Position numbers and translations under genes: made by a program. Below the pieces are notes generated by a model, which had not been told where the DNA came from, did not search any database, and saw only the letters and a program-made list of their open reading frames with translations. Below, in pieces: positions 48,156-56,763 of a stretch of 64,000 bases of DNA. Every line of letters begins with the position of its first letter. The first letter of the stretch is position 1. This stretch comes from an uncultured Candidatus Saccharibacteria bacterium (lineage in GTDB: Bacteria > Patescibacteriota > Doudnabacteria > UBA920), in NCBI GenBank assembly GCA_964532425.1, contig CAZHIA010000005.1, positions 66,772 through 130,771 on the forward strand, given 5' to 3'.

Positions 48156-49262
48156 CTATAAGTTTGACTGCCGTGAAATATTCAGCAGAATACCTACGCC
48201 GGCCATGGATGCAATGAGGGCTGTGCTCCCGTAGCTGAAAAATGGCAGCGGAATACCGGTGAGCGGCAGCAGATTTACCATAGCGCCTATGTTGATGACA
48301 GCCTGGAATCCGATGTACGCGACAATACCAACTGCAATCATTTTGCCGAAACCATCCGGCGCGTTTTTGGCAATTTTGATTCCCCGCAGGACAAACGCGA
48401 CAAATAATAGGATCAGTATGGTCACTCGGAAGAAACCCAATTCCTCGGCCATAATGGCAAAAATAGAATCCGTGGTCGTTTCGGGGAGATAGTTATATTT
48501 TTGGCGAGAGAGGCCGTAGCCATACCCCCATAAACCGCCGGAACCGATAGCTAAAAGCGCCTGGTTTATCTGGTAGCTGATCCCTTTGGGATCGATAGCC
48601 GGGTTTAAAAATGTCGTAATCCGGCGCGCTCGGTAGGGCTCAAATTTAATAAATGCCGCGAGCGCCAGCACCCCGGTGACAATAGTCCAAAAAAAATACC
48701 GCAAATTAATGCCACCGACGAACAACATGACCATGGAAGTAACGATAAGCACGATCATGGTACCCAAGTCCGGCTGCCATAAAATGAAAGCCGCAAAGAG
48801 CCCAATAATCAACAGCGATGGCAGAACGCCGAAATAAAAGTCATTCATGGCATGTTTTTTCCGGTCCGCCCAGGCTGCCAGGTATAAGATAATGACAAGT
48901 TTTGCGAATTCGCCCGGCTGCACCGAAATAAAACCCAGGTCGAGCCAGCGGACAGCACCCCCGGCCGAATATCCCATGCCTGGCATTTTGACGAGCACCA
49001 GACTGACCAGGGAAACAATAATCAGTCCCGGAAGCAGCTTGAGCCAAATGTGATAATCCAAACGGCTGCAAATATACAAAGCCACAGCTCCAACGAGTCC
49101 ACCATAGACTGCCTGATGGATGATATAATACGTAATCGTGCCGTGATCCTTATATGACTGGACCGTAGATGCGGAGAAGAGCACCATAAACCCGTACACC
49201 AGCAGCGCCAGGGTAATAAGCAGCACCGGTAAATCAATTTTTCCGTTTTTTGCTTTTTTCAT
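48156..49262 (-). CDS. ftsW: SEDS peptidoglycan glycosyltransferase FtsW
   Basis: GA.RW, QP.EFAK, QPDLGT, GSGG..G.G.G.S.QK..YLPE..TD.IF, TG.PLPF.SYG; next to murD. Confidence 0.95.
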   Translation of the reverse strand: MKKAKNGKIDLPVLLITLALLVYGFMVLFSASTVQSYKDHGTITYYIIHQAVYGGLVGAVALYICSRLDYHIWLKLLPGLIIVSLVSLVLVKMPGMGYSAGGAVRWLDLGFISVQPGEFAKLVIILYLAAWADRKKHAMNDFYFGVLPSLLIIGLFAAFILWQPDLGTMIVLIVTSMVMLFVGGINLRYFFWTIVTGVLALAAFIKFEPYRARRITTFLNPAIDPKGISYQINQALLAIGSGGLWGYGYGLSRQKYNYLPETTTDSIFAIMAEELGFFRVTILILLFVAFVLRGIKIAKNAPDGFGKMIAVGIVAYIGFQAVINIGAMVNLLPLTGIPLPFFSYGSTALIASMAGVGILLNISRQSNL

Positions 49263-49317
49263 TTCAGGAAGATTATGTAACCTCGAATATACCAAATCCC
49301 TAAATGGGGAAAACTAG

Positions 49318-50727
49318 TCAGGAACGCGATAAATTCTTTACTAGTTCTTTAAAGCGTTCTCCCCTGTCTTTGTAATTTTTAAACATGCCGAAACTTGCGC
49401 ATGCGGGCGACAGCAGTACAACATCACCTGCTGTAGCAACAGAACGGGCTTGCCCGAGAATTTCTTCCATGGATGCAGCACCGGTCAGTACTTGCCCGTT
49501 AAATCCTCTTCCTTGTCCAAGCACTTCCCTGATCCGTTCAGCTTCCTGCCCTATGAGAATAACAGCTTTGATATTATGCGCCGAACGAATGACCTGTCCG
49601 AGCTCGGTAAAGTCGCTATGTTTGGTTGACCCCCCTAAAATAATAATCTCTGGTTCAGTAAAAGCTTTTATAGCGGCAATGGCTGTCTCAGGAACTGTAG
49701 AAAAAGAATCATTGTAGTATGCAACGCCTTCGTGGGCGCCAACCGGCTCAAGCCGATGTTCCAGCCCGGCAAAACTCTTAAGGACATCAGCCACCGCTTC
49801 CGGTTCGATGTCTAAGGCACCCGCTGCCGCGACCGCTGCGCAGACGTTCTCAAGATTATGACGCCCCTTCAGCTTAAGTTCATTGCATGGAAAGGAAAAA
49901 ATCCGTGGGAAGATTCCGACTGCGACCATTTGGTCCTGTTCGATAAAGCATCCCTCCCGCAGCTGTTCATGCGTGCTCACAGAAAGTTTCTTGTGAGCCT
50001 GCCCCATTTCACCAATGAGCCTGGTGGCGGGGTAGTCGATATTATAAATGGAAACATCTTCTCGCTTTTGATAGACCGTAAGCGAGCTTTTGGCAGCATG
50101 GTATTCGCGAATATGCCTATGTTGATCAAGATGCTCCTGGGTGACCATGAGACAAACCGCGATGTGAGGGCTTTTGTGCAGATCCTGAAGCTGGAAACTA
50201 GAAAGCTCGAATACCACTATATCGCGCTCCGTCATGTCATCCAAAAATTCGAACGGCTGGATCTTGCCGATGTTGCCGGTCAGGAACATTTGACCTTTGA
50301 CATTTGACCATTGACCATTCAACTTCAACATTTCATAAATAAGAGTGCTGGTGGTTCCCTTGCCTTTCGTGCCGGTCACTCCGACAATCTTACCCGGGCA
50401 GTGGTCAAAGAACCATTTGGTCTGGCTCGTGATTTTCAACCCCTTGTGTTCGGCCGCTAACAGATCAGGGTGCAGCCGCCATAGTCCCGGACTACGGAAG
50501 GCCGCGTGAAAGCCGGTAAGTTCTTTCAGACAGTCCGGACCGAAGATAAAATTGAGGTTGAGCGCTTTTATTTTTTCTTGTTCTTCCGGCGCCCATTGTT
50601 CCCACGGGCGCTGGTCAAAAAGCACGGGGGTAATGCCGTGCTTGAGCAAATATTCGGTAACAGCCTGCCCTTCGCGTCCAAAACCCAATACCGCGGTGAG
50701 TTTTTGATCCAAATCTTTGAGTTCCAT
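49318..50727 (-). CDS. murD: UDP-N-acetylmuramoyl-L-alanine--D-glutamate ligase
   Basis: GVTGTKGKGTT, GNIG, ELSSFQL, GLEHRLE, VLLSPACASF.MF.NY..RG. Start moved to ATG 50727. Confidence 0.97.
   Translation of the reverse strand: MELKDLDQKLTAVLGFGREGQAVTEYLLKHGITPVLFDQRPWEQWAPEEQEKIKALNLNFIFGPDCLKELTGFHAAFRSPGLWRLHPDLLAAEHKGLKITSQTKWFFDHCPGKIVGVTGTKGKGTTSTLIYEMLKLNGQWSNVKGQMFLTGNIGKIQPFEFLDDMTERDIVVFELSSFQLQDLHKSPHIAVCLMVTQEHLDQHRHIREYHAAKSSLTVYQKREDVSIYNIDYPATRLIGEMGQAHKKLSVSTHEQLREGCFIEQDQMVAVGIFPRIFSFPCNELKLKGRHNLENVCAAVAAAGALDIEPEAVADVLKSFAGLEHRLEPVGAHEGVAYYNDSFSTVPETAIAAIKAFTEPEIIILGGSTKHSDFTELGQVIRSAHNIKAVILIGQEAERIREVLGQGRGFNGQVLTGAASMEEILGQARSVATAGDVVLLSPACASFGMFKNYKDRGERFKELVKNLSRS
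50285..50323. repeat. Heptamer array in frame within murD
   Basis: AACATTTGACCTTTGACATTTGACCATTGACCATTCAAC; encodes LNGQWSNVKGQM. Confidence 0.88.
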
Positions 50728-50806
50728 TGTAATTAATTTTACCACTTTTTCAAGGATTCTCAAAATTAAAAGGGAGCCGCTTAAGCGACCCCTTGCCAGC
50801 CGGCTG

Positions 50807-51613
50807 CTAGGCCGGCGTAATTTCGTACCGCGGTCCATGGCTGCCAATGCACCGCTCGCCGCCAAGACCTTCAAAAAGCAAGGCCCAGCCTCCGCACTGC
50901 GGATCAAAGGCGAATGTCTCCCGGGCACCGGTCGGTTTTCCTGCTTCGTCTGTTCTTTCGATCGTAAGCTCGGACCGCAAATCGGATACAACCTGGACCG
51001 TATCGATGACAAGACCGCCTTCCTTGATCTGAACTTTTGCCCCTGGTTCAAACAACACCCGGCCTGACCGATCACGTTTAGCCACGTATCCTGCGGTTGC
51101 GGTGCCAGTTTCGTTGCTGGCACAATCGAACTCGCACTTGCCAAACGGAATAGTAGGCGGGATGTTCAATTTGCACACAGCAGTCGCGAGCGCACTTAAG
51201 GCAATAAAACCGATCTTCGGCTGTTTTGACGCTTGGTCAGCAAGAGCCATAGGCAACCGGAAGACTTCTTTCAGATCAGCGGTGTTCTCCAAGGCTGACC
51301 CAAGCCCACAACTTTCTTCCAGCCAGTCCCCCTCGGGGCCATCGATCACCACCGGATACACGTATGTGAGTACGTCTTCATGGTCTATATGACCTTTGTG
51401 AAAAACGTGCCAGGGCGTGAAGTATGAAAAGTCCGTCCCGCGGCAGATTTGGGACAGAATGACATCCCAATCCCACTGCTTCGGATCCGTGTCCAAGCCT
51501 TCCGGCCAAAAGACACTTTCTCCGTCTTGATGATTGTCCAGCACGACGACTCTCGAGAGTTCCGCCCCTTGTTCAGTTACTTTGCGTACGACTCCAACTG
51601 GTACGATGAACAT
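50807..51613 (-). CDS. Hypothetical protein (ORFan cassette)
   Basis: GAGGAGG SD, TATACT upstream, no recognised family. Confidence 0.65.
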   Translation of the reverse strand: MFIVPVGVVRKVTEQGAELSRVVVLDNHQDGESVFWPEGLDTDPKQWDWDVILSQICRGTDFSYFTPWHVFHKGHIDHEDVLTYVYPVVIDGPEGDWLEESCGLGSALENTADLKEVFRLPMALADQASKQPKIGFIALSALATAVCKLNIPPTIPFGKCEFDCASNETGTATAGYVAKRDRSGRVLFEPGAKVQIKEGGLVIDTVQVVSDLRSELTIERTDEAGKPTGARETFAFDPQCGGWALLFEGLGGERCIGSHGPRYEITPA

Positions 51614-51737
51614 GATTCCTCCTCATGAACGAATCTGAGCAGTATATAACTAAAAAAGCTTATTGGCAATACCGCCAAAAGCCTAAAAGGAATCAGCACC
51701 AAAACCCTCAGAACGATGGCTTCTAAGGTTGCATGAA

Positions 51738-53303
51738 TTACGATCTCCGCAGCGCGTAGCCGGGCAAATTCCCGGTTAGCTTACCATCCGCTACGACTGG
51801 CCTGCCGTTTACGAATACGTAGGCAATGCCCCGGGCATATTGGTAGGGATTTTGATAGGTTGCCGCGTCACTCATCGTTCTTGTATCAAACAATACAAGG
51901 TCAGCGAAATTACCTACCTTAATAGTCCCGCGGCGCTTGAGTCCGAGTTTTGCCGCCGGACCTCCGGTAAGTTTAAATACTGCGTCTTCGAGCGGCAATG
52001 AATTCGTAGCAATGGTATCCTTGAGAAATTTTGGAGCTGTGCCGAAACAGCGAGGGTGAACCAGGCGATCCTGGGTATTGATACTAAACCCCCCACCGTC
52101 GGTCGTAATAAACGACAGCGGGTGACAAGATAGGTCTTTAACCTGCTCCTCGCTGAGGTTACGTTCAAAAACCATCACTTCGCTGCCGCCGTTTTGAATA
52201 ATATTCAAAGCAGCCTCTTCGCTTGAAGTTTCCATATTCGCGGCAATCTGCCCAATGGTCTTCCCTGAAAAGTTCAGCTTATTGGCAGTTGAGGCCACGA
52301 TAAGGTCAGCAAATTTGACTCCGCTGTTGCTTAAAAATGACAAGATCTTCCTGCGCTGGATCGGATCGTTGAAATGTTTAAACATTAACGATCTGCCTCC
52401 CTCATAAGCCCATTTGGGCAAGTACGAGTACAAGACCTGCCAGATCGTATCATACGGGTACAGGTCAAAATGCACATTTAGTCCGCGGTGAAAGGCGGTG
52501 TCTATGTGCTGCATCAATCCTTCGTATTTGTTCCAGTTCTGCTTGCCGCGTATCTTGAAATGCGAGATCTTCAAATTAATCTCCGATGCGCGGGCAATAT
52601 CTAACGCCTCGTCTACAGCCTCCAAAACCTCCGCACCTTCGCTGCGCAAATGAACGGAAAGCAGGGCGCCTTTTTTGGCGACGATCTTTGCCAGTTCATA
52701 AAGTTCAAATTCGGAAATTATAATCTCATGAGCATATGAGAGTCCGGTAGAAAGGCCAAATGCCCCGGCTTCCAAACTATCTTCAAGTGCGCGCTTGATG
52801 CTCGCCAGTTCGGATTTTTCCAAGCCCCTGATCTGGTCGCCGACGAGGCCGCGACGCAGTGTTGAATACCCGACCAGCGTGGCTATATTACAGGCAAAGC
52901 GCCGCCGGGACAGTTCTTCAATAAATTCGGAAAACGACTGCCAGTTAACATTCAGTCCTTCGAGCGGGTGCCATTTCTGGATAGAAGCCAGAGCCTCATG
53001 CGAAAGCAGCGGTGCCAAGCTCGCGCCGCAATTCCCGACCAAGATTGTGGTAAAACCCTGCGTAGTCAAACTGTCGAGCCCTGGGTTGTCGAAGATCTGC
53101 CAGTACCCATCGCTGTGATTCTGGACATCAATAAAGCCGGGGGCCAGCACCAGATCGGACCCGTCGATGACGGATTGTGCAGAGGTTTGGATATTGTCGG
53201 CAATCGCGACAATCTCATCTCCCTGGACAGCAACATCCTTATGCGATCCCTTCTTGCCGGTTCCATCAATAAGAAGAGCGTTTTTTATGAGTAAACTGTA
53301 CAT
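51738..53303 (-). CDS. N-acyl-D-amino-acid deacylase family amidohydrolase
   Basis: LAPGFID...HSD, GNCG.S.AP, GA.GLSTGL.Y, HLRSEG, HPR.FG, ADLV.FD. Confidence 0.9.
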   Translation of the reverse strand: MYSLLIKNALLIDGTGKKGSHKDVAVQGDEIVAIADNIQTSAQSVIDGSDLVLAPGFIDVQNHSDGYWQIFDNPGLDSLTTQGFTTILVGNCGASLAPLLSHEALASIQKWHPLEGLNVNWQSFSEFIEELSRRRFACNIATLVGYSTLRRGLVGDQIRGLEKSELASIKRALEDSLEAGAFGLSTGLSYAHEIIISEFELYELAKIVAKKGALLSVHLRSEGAEVLEAVDEALDIARASEINLKISHFKIRGKQNWNKYEGLMQHIDTAFHRGLNVHFDLYPYDTIWQVLYSYLPKWAYEGGRSLMFKHFNDPIQRRKILSFLSNSGVKFADLIVASTANKLNFSGKTIGQIAANMETSSEEAALNIIQNGGSEVMVFERNLSEEQVKDLSCHPLSFITTDGGGFSINTQDRLVHPRCFGTAPKFLKDTIATNSLPLEDAVFKLTGGPAAKLGLKRRGTIKVGNFADLVLFDTRTMSDAATYQNPYQYARGIAYVFVNGRPVVADGKLTGNLPGYALRRS

Positions 53304-53327
53304 GGTCTCGAGGTGTTTGTTTTTTAG

Positions 53328-53451
53328 TAGTAATCTCTAATATACGAATCAAGCATAAATATCCGAATACCGCACACCGTACTTTGTTACTTGGAACGGC
53401 CAATAGCCATTCGCATATTTTGCGCTGTATTCGTTATATTCGAGATTACTA
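53328..53451. repeat. Imperfect inverted repeat after mraY
   Basis: TAGTAATCTC..ATATACGAAT..CCGAAT / ATTCG..ATTCGTTATATT.GAGATTACTA; includes the mraY stop codon. Confidence 0.75.
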
Positions 53452-54489
53452 TCCGACAAAGAATATGATTATTCCAATGATACTCGTCACCGCAGCAATA
53501 ATCCAAAACCGCATGGTCACTTTCGTTTCCGGCCATCCTTTGGCCTGCAGGTGCAAGTGAACGGGTGATGACAGAAACAGCTTGCGCTTGAAAACTTTCT
53601 TCCAGAACATCTGGACCAGGAACGAGGCTGCTTCCAGGATGAATACGAATCCGGTACAAATCAATACGCCGATCGAGTTGGTTAAAAACGCGACAATCGC
53701 GAGCAGTACCCCAAGGCCCATGGACCCCGTATCCCCCATGAAGAACCGCGCGGGATATACATTGAACCATAAAAAGGCCAACAAGGAACCACAAATCACT
53801 CCAATGAAGCTTGCCAGGTTGTCGCGCCCCTGGAGGTATGCAATCAACCCATATGAAAAGAATGAGATCAGCAGCGTACCGCCGGCGAGTCCGTCTAGGC
53901 CGTCGGTTTCATTAACTGCAAAACTGGTACCTATGACCACCAGCAGGAAAAACGGAATGAACCAGATACCGAGATTTATACTGCCCATGAACGGGATATG
54001 GACGGAAGTAAATCCGAGTTTGAAGTAAAACCACCAGGCCCCGATCAGCGCAACCGCTGCGTACAGGAAAAATTTAACTCTGAAGCGCAAACCTCTGCCT
54101 TTATGGCCGAGGCGGTTGATGTCCAGCCAGTCATCAAGGAGACCGACGAGCGAAGCTCCAAACAGCGCACCCAGCGGCAACAACGTTTCCTTGCGAGTGA
54201 GAAAATTAAGCCAATGGAACGCGGATACATGGAATAGCCGGTCCATAGCCCAAAACAGGGAAATTAGCACGCACAACGTACCCCAGACCAGCACACCACC
54301 CATAGTAGGCGTGCCTTCCTTGCTTGCATGGAGCTTGGTAAAAATCGGGGTCGTTCCGTCGTTACGAATCTGCTTGCCGAGCCGGTATTTGTAAAGGAAA
54401 TTCGTCAGCAGCGGTGTACTGAACAGCGCCACAAGGAACGACAGCGATGTCAGGGTGAATATTTTAGTCAGCGGCGAGTAATAATCCAT
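53449..54489 (-). CDS. mraY: Phospho-N-acetylmuramoyl-pentapeptide transferase
   Basis: K.GTPTMGG, GLLDD, VN.TDGLDGLA, PA..FMGDTGS, P.H.H....GW.E. Confidence 0.98.
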   Translation of the reverse strand: MDYYSPLTKIFTLTSLSFLVALFSTPLLTNFLYKYRLGKQIRNDGTTPIFTKLHASKEGTPTMGGVLVWGTLCVLISLFWAMDRLFHVSAFHWLNFLTRKETLLPLGALFGASLVGLLDDWLDINRLGHKGRGLRFRVKFFLYAAVALIGAWWFYFKLGFTSVHIPFMGSINLGIWFIPFFLLVVIGTSFAVNETDGLDGLAGGTLLISFFSYGLIAYLQGRDNLASFIGVICGSLLAFLWFNVYPARFFMGDTGSMGLGVLLAIVAFLTNSIGVLICTGFVFILEAASFLVQMFWKKVFKRKLFLSSPVHLHLQAKGWPETKVTMRFWIIAAVTSIIGIIIFFVG

Positions 54490-54631
54490 AATAGCAATAG
54501 TATTTTAGCATGAAACTACTGTCCAAGGAAAAGATTGCTTTATTCCCGGGCAGCAGCAATGGATTTGCATCACGAGTACGCAGCTGCAGCTAACCCCCAT
54601 GCTTGCACCTGCCAGTTTTAGTGACTGTTTC

Positions 54632-55585
54632 CTACTTCCACTCAATATGGCCAAAAATCTCGTCTTTCAGGTCCAAGATATCCCGTTCACGATCCGAACT
54701 CCCGACCACTATTAAAATTACCGTATGGCCGCCTTGTGTAGATTTCACAGCCATTGAGCCACCCGAACCCTCAGTAAAGCCTGTTTTAATTGCTGTTATA
54801 TCGGCATGATGACGGATTAGCTTATTGGTCGCCTGGGTGGCATAGCTGATACCCGTAGCACCCTGAAGCTCGTACCGGGACAGCTTCCCCACCTCCCGGA
54901 ATGGCAGCAGCTTCTGGGTTGTTTGGATCAACTTAGCCAAGTCATTCGCACTCGAATAATTGTATTGGCTATCAAATCCCGTTGGGTTGGAAAAGCGGGT
55001 ATTTGCCATGCCTAACCGGCTTGCTTCATCATTCATGAGTGAAACAAAAGTTGTCGAGGCTTTGCTTTCGATGAATTTTGCCAGGGCCTGAGCCGCGTCA
55101 TTGCATGACCCGACCAACATAGCTTTCATGACATCCTCAGTGCGCACCTGATCGCCTGTCCTAAGACCAAGAATCGGGCTGGTACCAGTCAATCCTCCTA
55201 ATACCGTAACTTCGTCAGACATACTGAGCTCACGATATGCAACCAGGCCCGTCATCAGCTTGGTTAGGCTCGCAATGGGAAGCCGCTGGTCGGCATTACG
55301 ACTGGCCAGCACAGCTCCGGTTGCCTCATCGTATACTACGTAGCTTTTAGCCGAAATACGGGAGTCGTCGAACCCAGCCCCAAGAACGGGCTTAGAAACA
55401 GGCGGAAGCGCTGCCCCGCGGATCTGTACCGTGCTCGCGCCAAGGACTTGAGGTGCTTCCGCAGATGCCGGGCTCGGTCCTATGGCATCGGTATCCGGCT
55501 GCCGCAACATCATGTACCCTAAGCTCCATGCGCCAGCAATGAAGACCGCAATTGCTACACCGAATAATATTTTTATTTTTACCAT
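54632..55585 (-). CDS. D-alanyl-D-alanine carboxypeptidase (peptidase S11)
   Basis: PIASLTKLMT, SCNDAA, F.NPTG, KTGFT. Confidence 0.93.
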   Translation of the reverse strand: MVKIKILFGVAIAVFIAGAWSLGYMMLRQPDTDAIGPSPASAEAPQVLGASTVQIRGAALPPVSKPVLGAGFDDSRISAKSYVVYDEATGAVLASRNADQRLPIASLTKLMTGLVAYRELSMSDEVTVLGGLTGTSPILGLRTGDQVRTEDVMKAMLVGSCNDAAQALAKFIESKASTTFVSLMNDEASRLGMANTRFSNPTGFDSQYNYSSANDLAKLIQTTQKLLPFREVGKLSRYELQGATGISYATQATNKLIRHHADITAIKTGFTEGSGGSMAVKSTQGGHTVILIVVGSSDRERDILDLKDEIFGHIEWK

Positions 55586-55647
55586 TCCTTGTTTATTTCT
55601 AGATAAAGCCTCGAATAGCTACTAGTATTATACGATGGCTGGAGTAA

Positions 55648-55676
55648 TTGACAAAGGCAATGTATGTGGATAAAAT
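55648..55676 (+). promoter_or_regulatory. Sigma70-type promoter
   Basis: TTGACA-N17-TAAAAT, about 180 nt upstream of trxA. Confidence 0.7.
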
Positions 55677-55855
55677 ACACCCATGCACCAAAATCCTTAG
55701 ATGCCGCATTGTAGACCGCACCGCAGCGATCTTACAGAGCGGTTTGTTTATTGTTTAAGGGCTTTGATGCCAGGCACATTAGCTAACCAATTTCCCTCAC
55801 CGTTTTAGCTTTCAAATAAAGCCAAAAGTGAGTGGACTAAAATCAAGGACACATT

Positions 55856-56179
55856 ATGAATCCGGTTACTATTAACGAGCAAAACTTCGAACAAGAAGTT
55901 ATCAAATCCGACACCCCGGTATTAGTAGACTTTTGGGCAGTATGGTGCGGGCCGTGCAAAGTTATCGCCCCGGTGGTCGAAGAGCTCTCACAGGAATACC
56001 ACGGCAAGCTCAAAGTCGCCAAGGTCAATGTAGATGAGAATAACATGCTCGCCGGTAAATATGGCATCATGAGCATTCCAACCCTTAAAATCTTCAAAAA
56101 CGGACAAATTGTCGGTGAAATTATAGGAGCAGCGCCAAAAACCGCGATTGAAGCCGAGATCAAGAAACACGTAGCGTAA
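55856..56179 (+). CDS. trxA: Thioredoxin
   Basis: VLVDFWA.WCGPCK, SIPTL. Confidence 0.98.
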   Translation: MNPVTINEQNFEQEVIKSDTPVLVDFWAVWCGPCKVIAPVVEELSQEYHGKLKVAKVNVDENNMLAGKYGIMSIPTLKIFKNGQIVGEIIGAAPKTAIEAEIKKHVA

Positions 56180-56186
56180 GACTTAC

Positions 56187-56213
56187 AAAGACCCTCTTCG
56201 AGGGTCTTTTTTT
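56187..56213 (+). terminator. Intrinsic terminator
   Basis: AAAGACCCTC-TTC-GAGGGTCTTTTTTT. Confidence 0.85.
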
Positions 56214-56363
56214 GATACCGTGAGATAATTATTCATTTTTTTGAAAAGCCTCATTATTATCGTGGTTCTCATACGTCATACAGAATATATAAGATAGAAA
56301 AATGTAAAAGGCGTCCAGTCTAATCTTTTTATTTTATATTTTTCTATTTTTAACACTTACTCT

Positions 56364-56672
56364 ATGGCCATAAATGATTTTGAGAACTTTTTAAACACAG
56401 TCAGGTATATGGATTATGAAGATGCCATAACTACCGCCGATGCCATGGCAACGAAACTTGAGAAGTCCCCGGGCAGGATGGATCGCAAGGAATCCCAGAT
56501 CCAGCATAATAAGGTCAGAGGGTTTCTCTATTGGATCAAAACGGGCAAAAAACCTACCGGGCTGACCACCCAGGAATTTCTTGAATTGCGCCCGGTGTGC
56601 GAAAATCTCATATCAAAAAAACAGCTGCACCCCACAGCGAGGGATATCTTTAAAAAATTTGGTAAATCATAG
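56364..56672 (+). CDS. Hypothetical protein
   Basis: 102-aa ORF after an AT-rich leader, followed by a terminator. Confidence 0.7.
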   Translation: MAINDFENFLNTVRYMDYEDAITTADAMATKLEKSPGRMDRKESQIQHNKVRGFLYWIKTGKKPTGLTTQEFLELRPVCENLISKKQLHPTARDIFKKFGKS

Positions 56673-56690
56673 TCTCACTGCGACCTTATA

Positions 56691-56719
56691 AAACGCCGCC
56701 CACGGTACGGGCGGCGTTT
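56691..56719. terminator. Bidirectional terminator
   Basis: AAACGCCGCCC-ACGGTAC-GGGCGGCGTTT. Confidence 0.8.
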
Positions 56720-56763
56720 GTATATCTACGGAGGCGCTTGCTGCGCATTGAGTATCCACTTTA

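Noticed and set aside
50728-51144. 139-aa N-terminal extension of MurD in the ORF track
   Set aside because: Overlaps the upstream ORF and its downstream hairpin; MurD similarity begins at MELKDL (50727).
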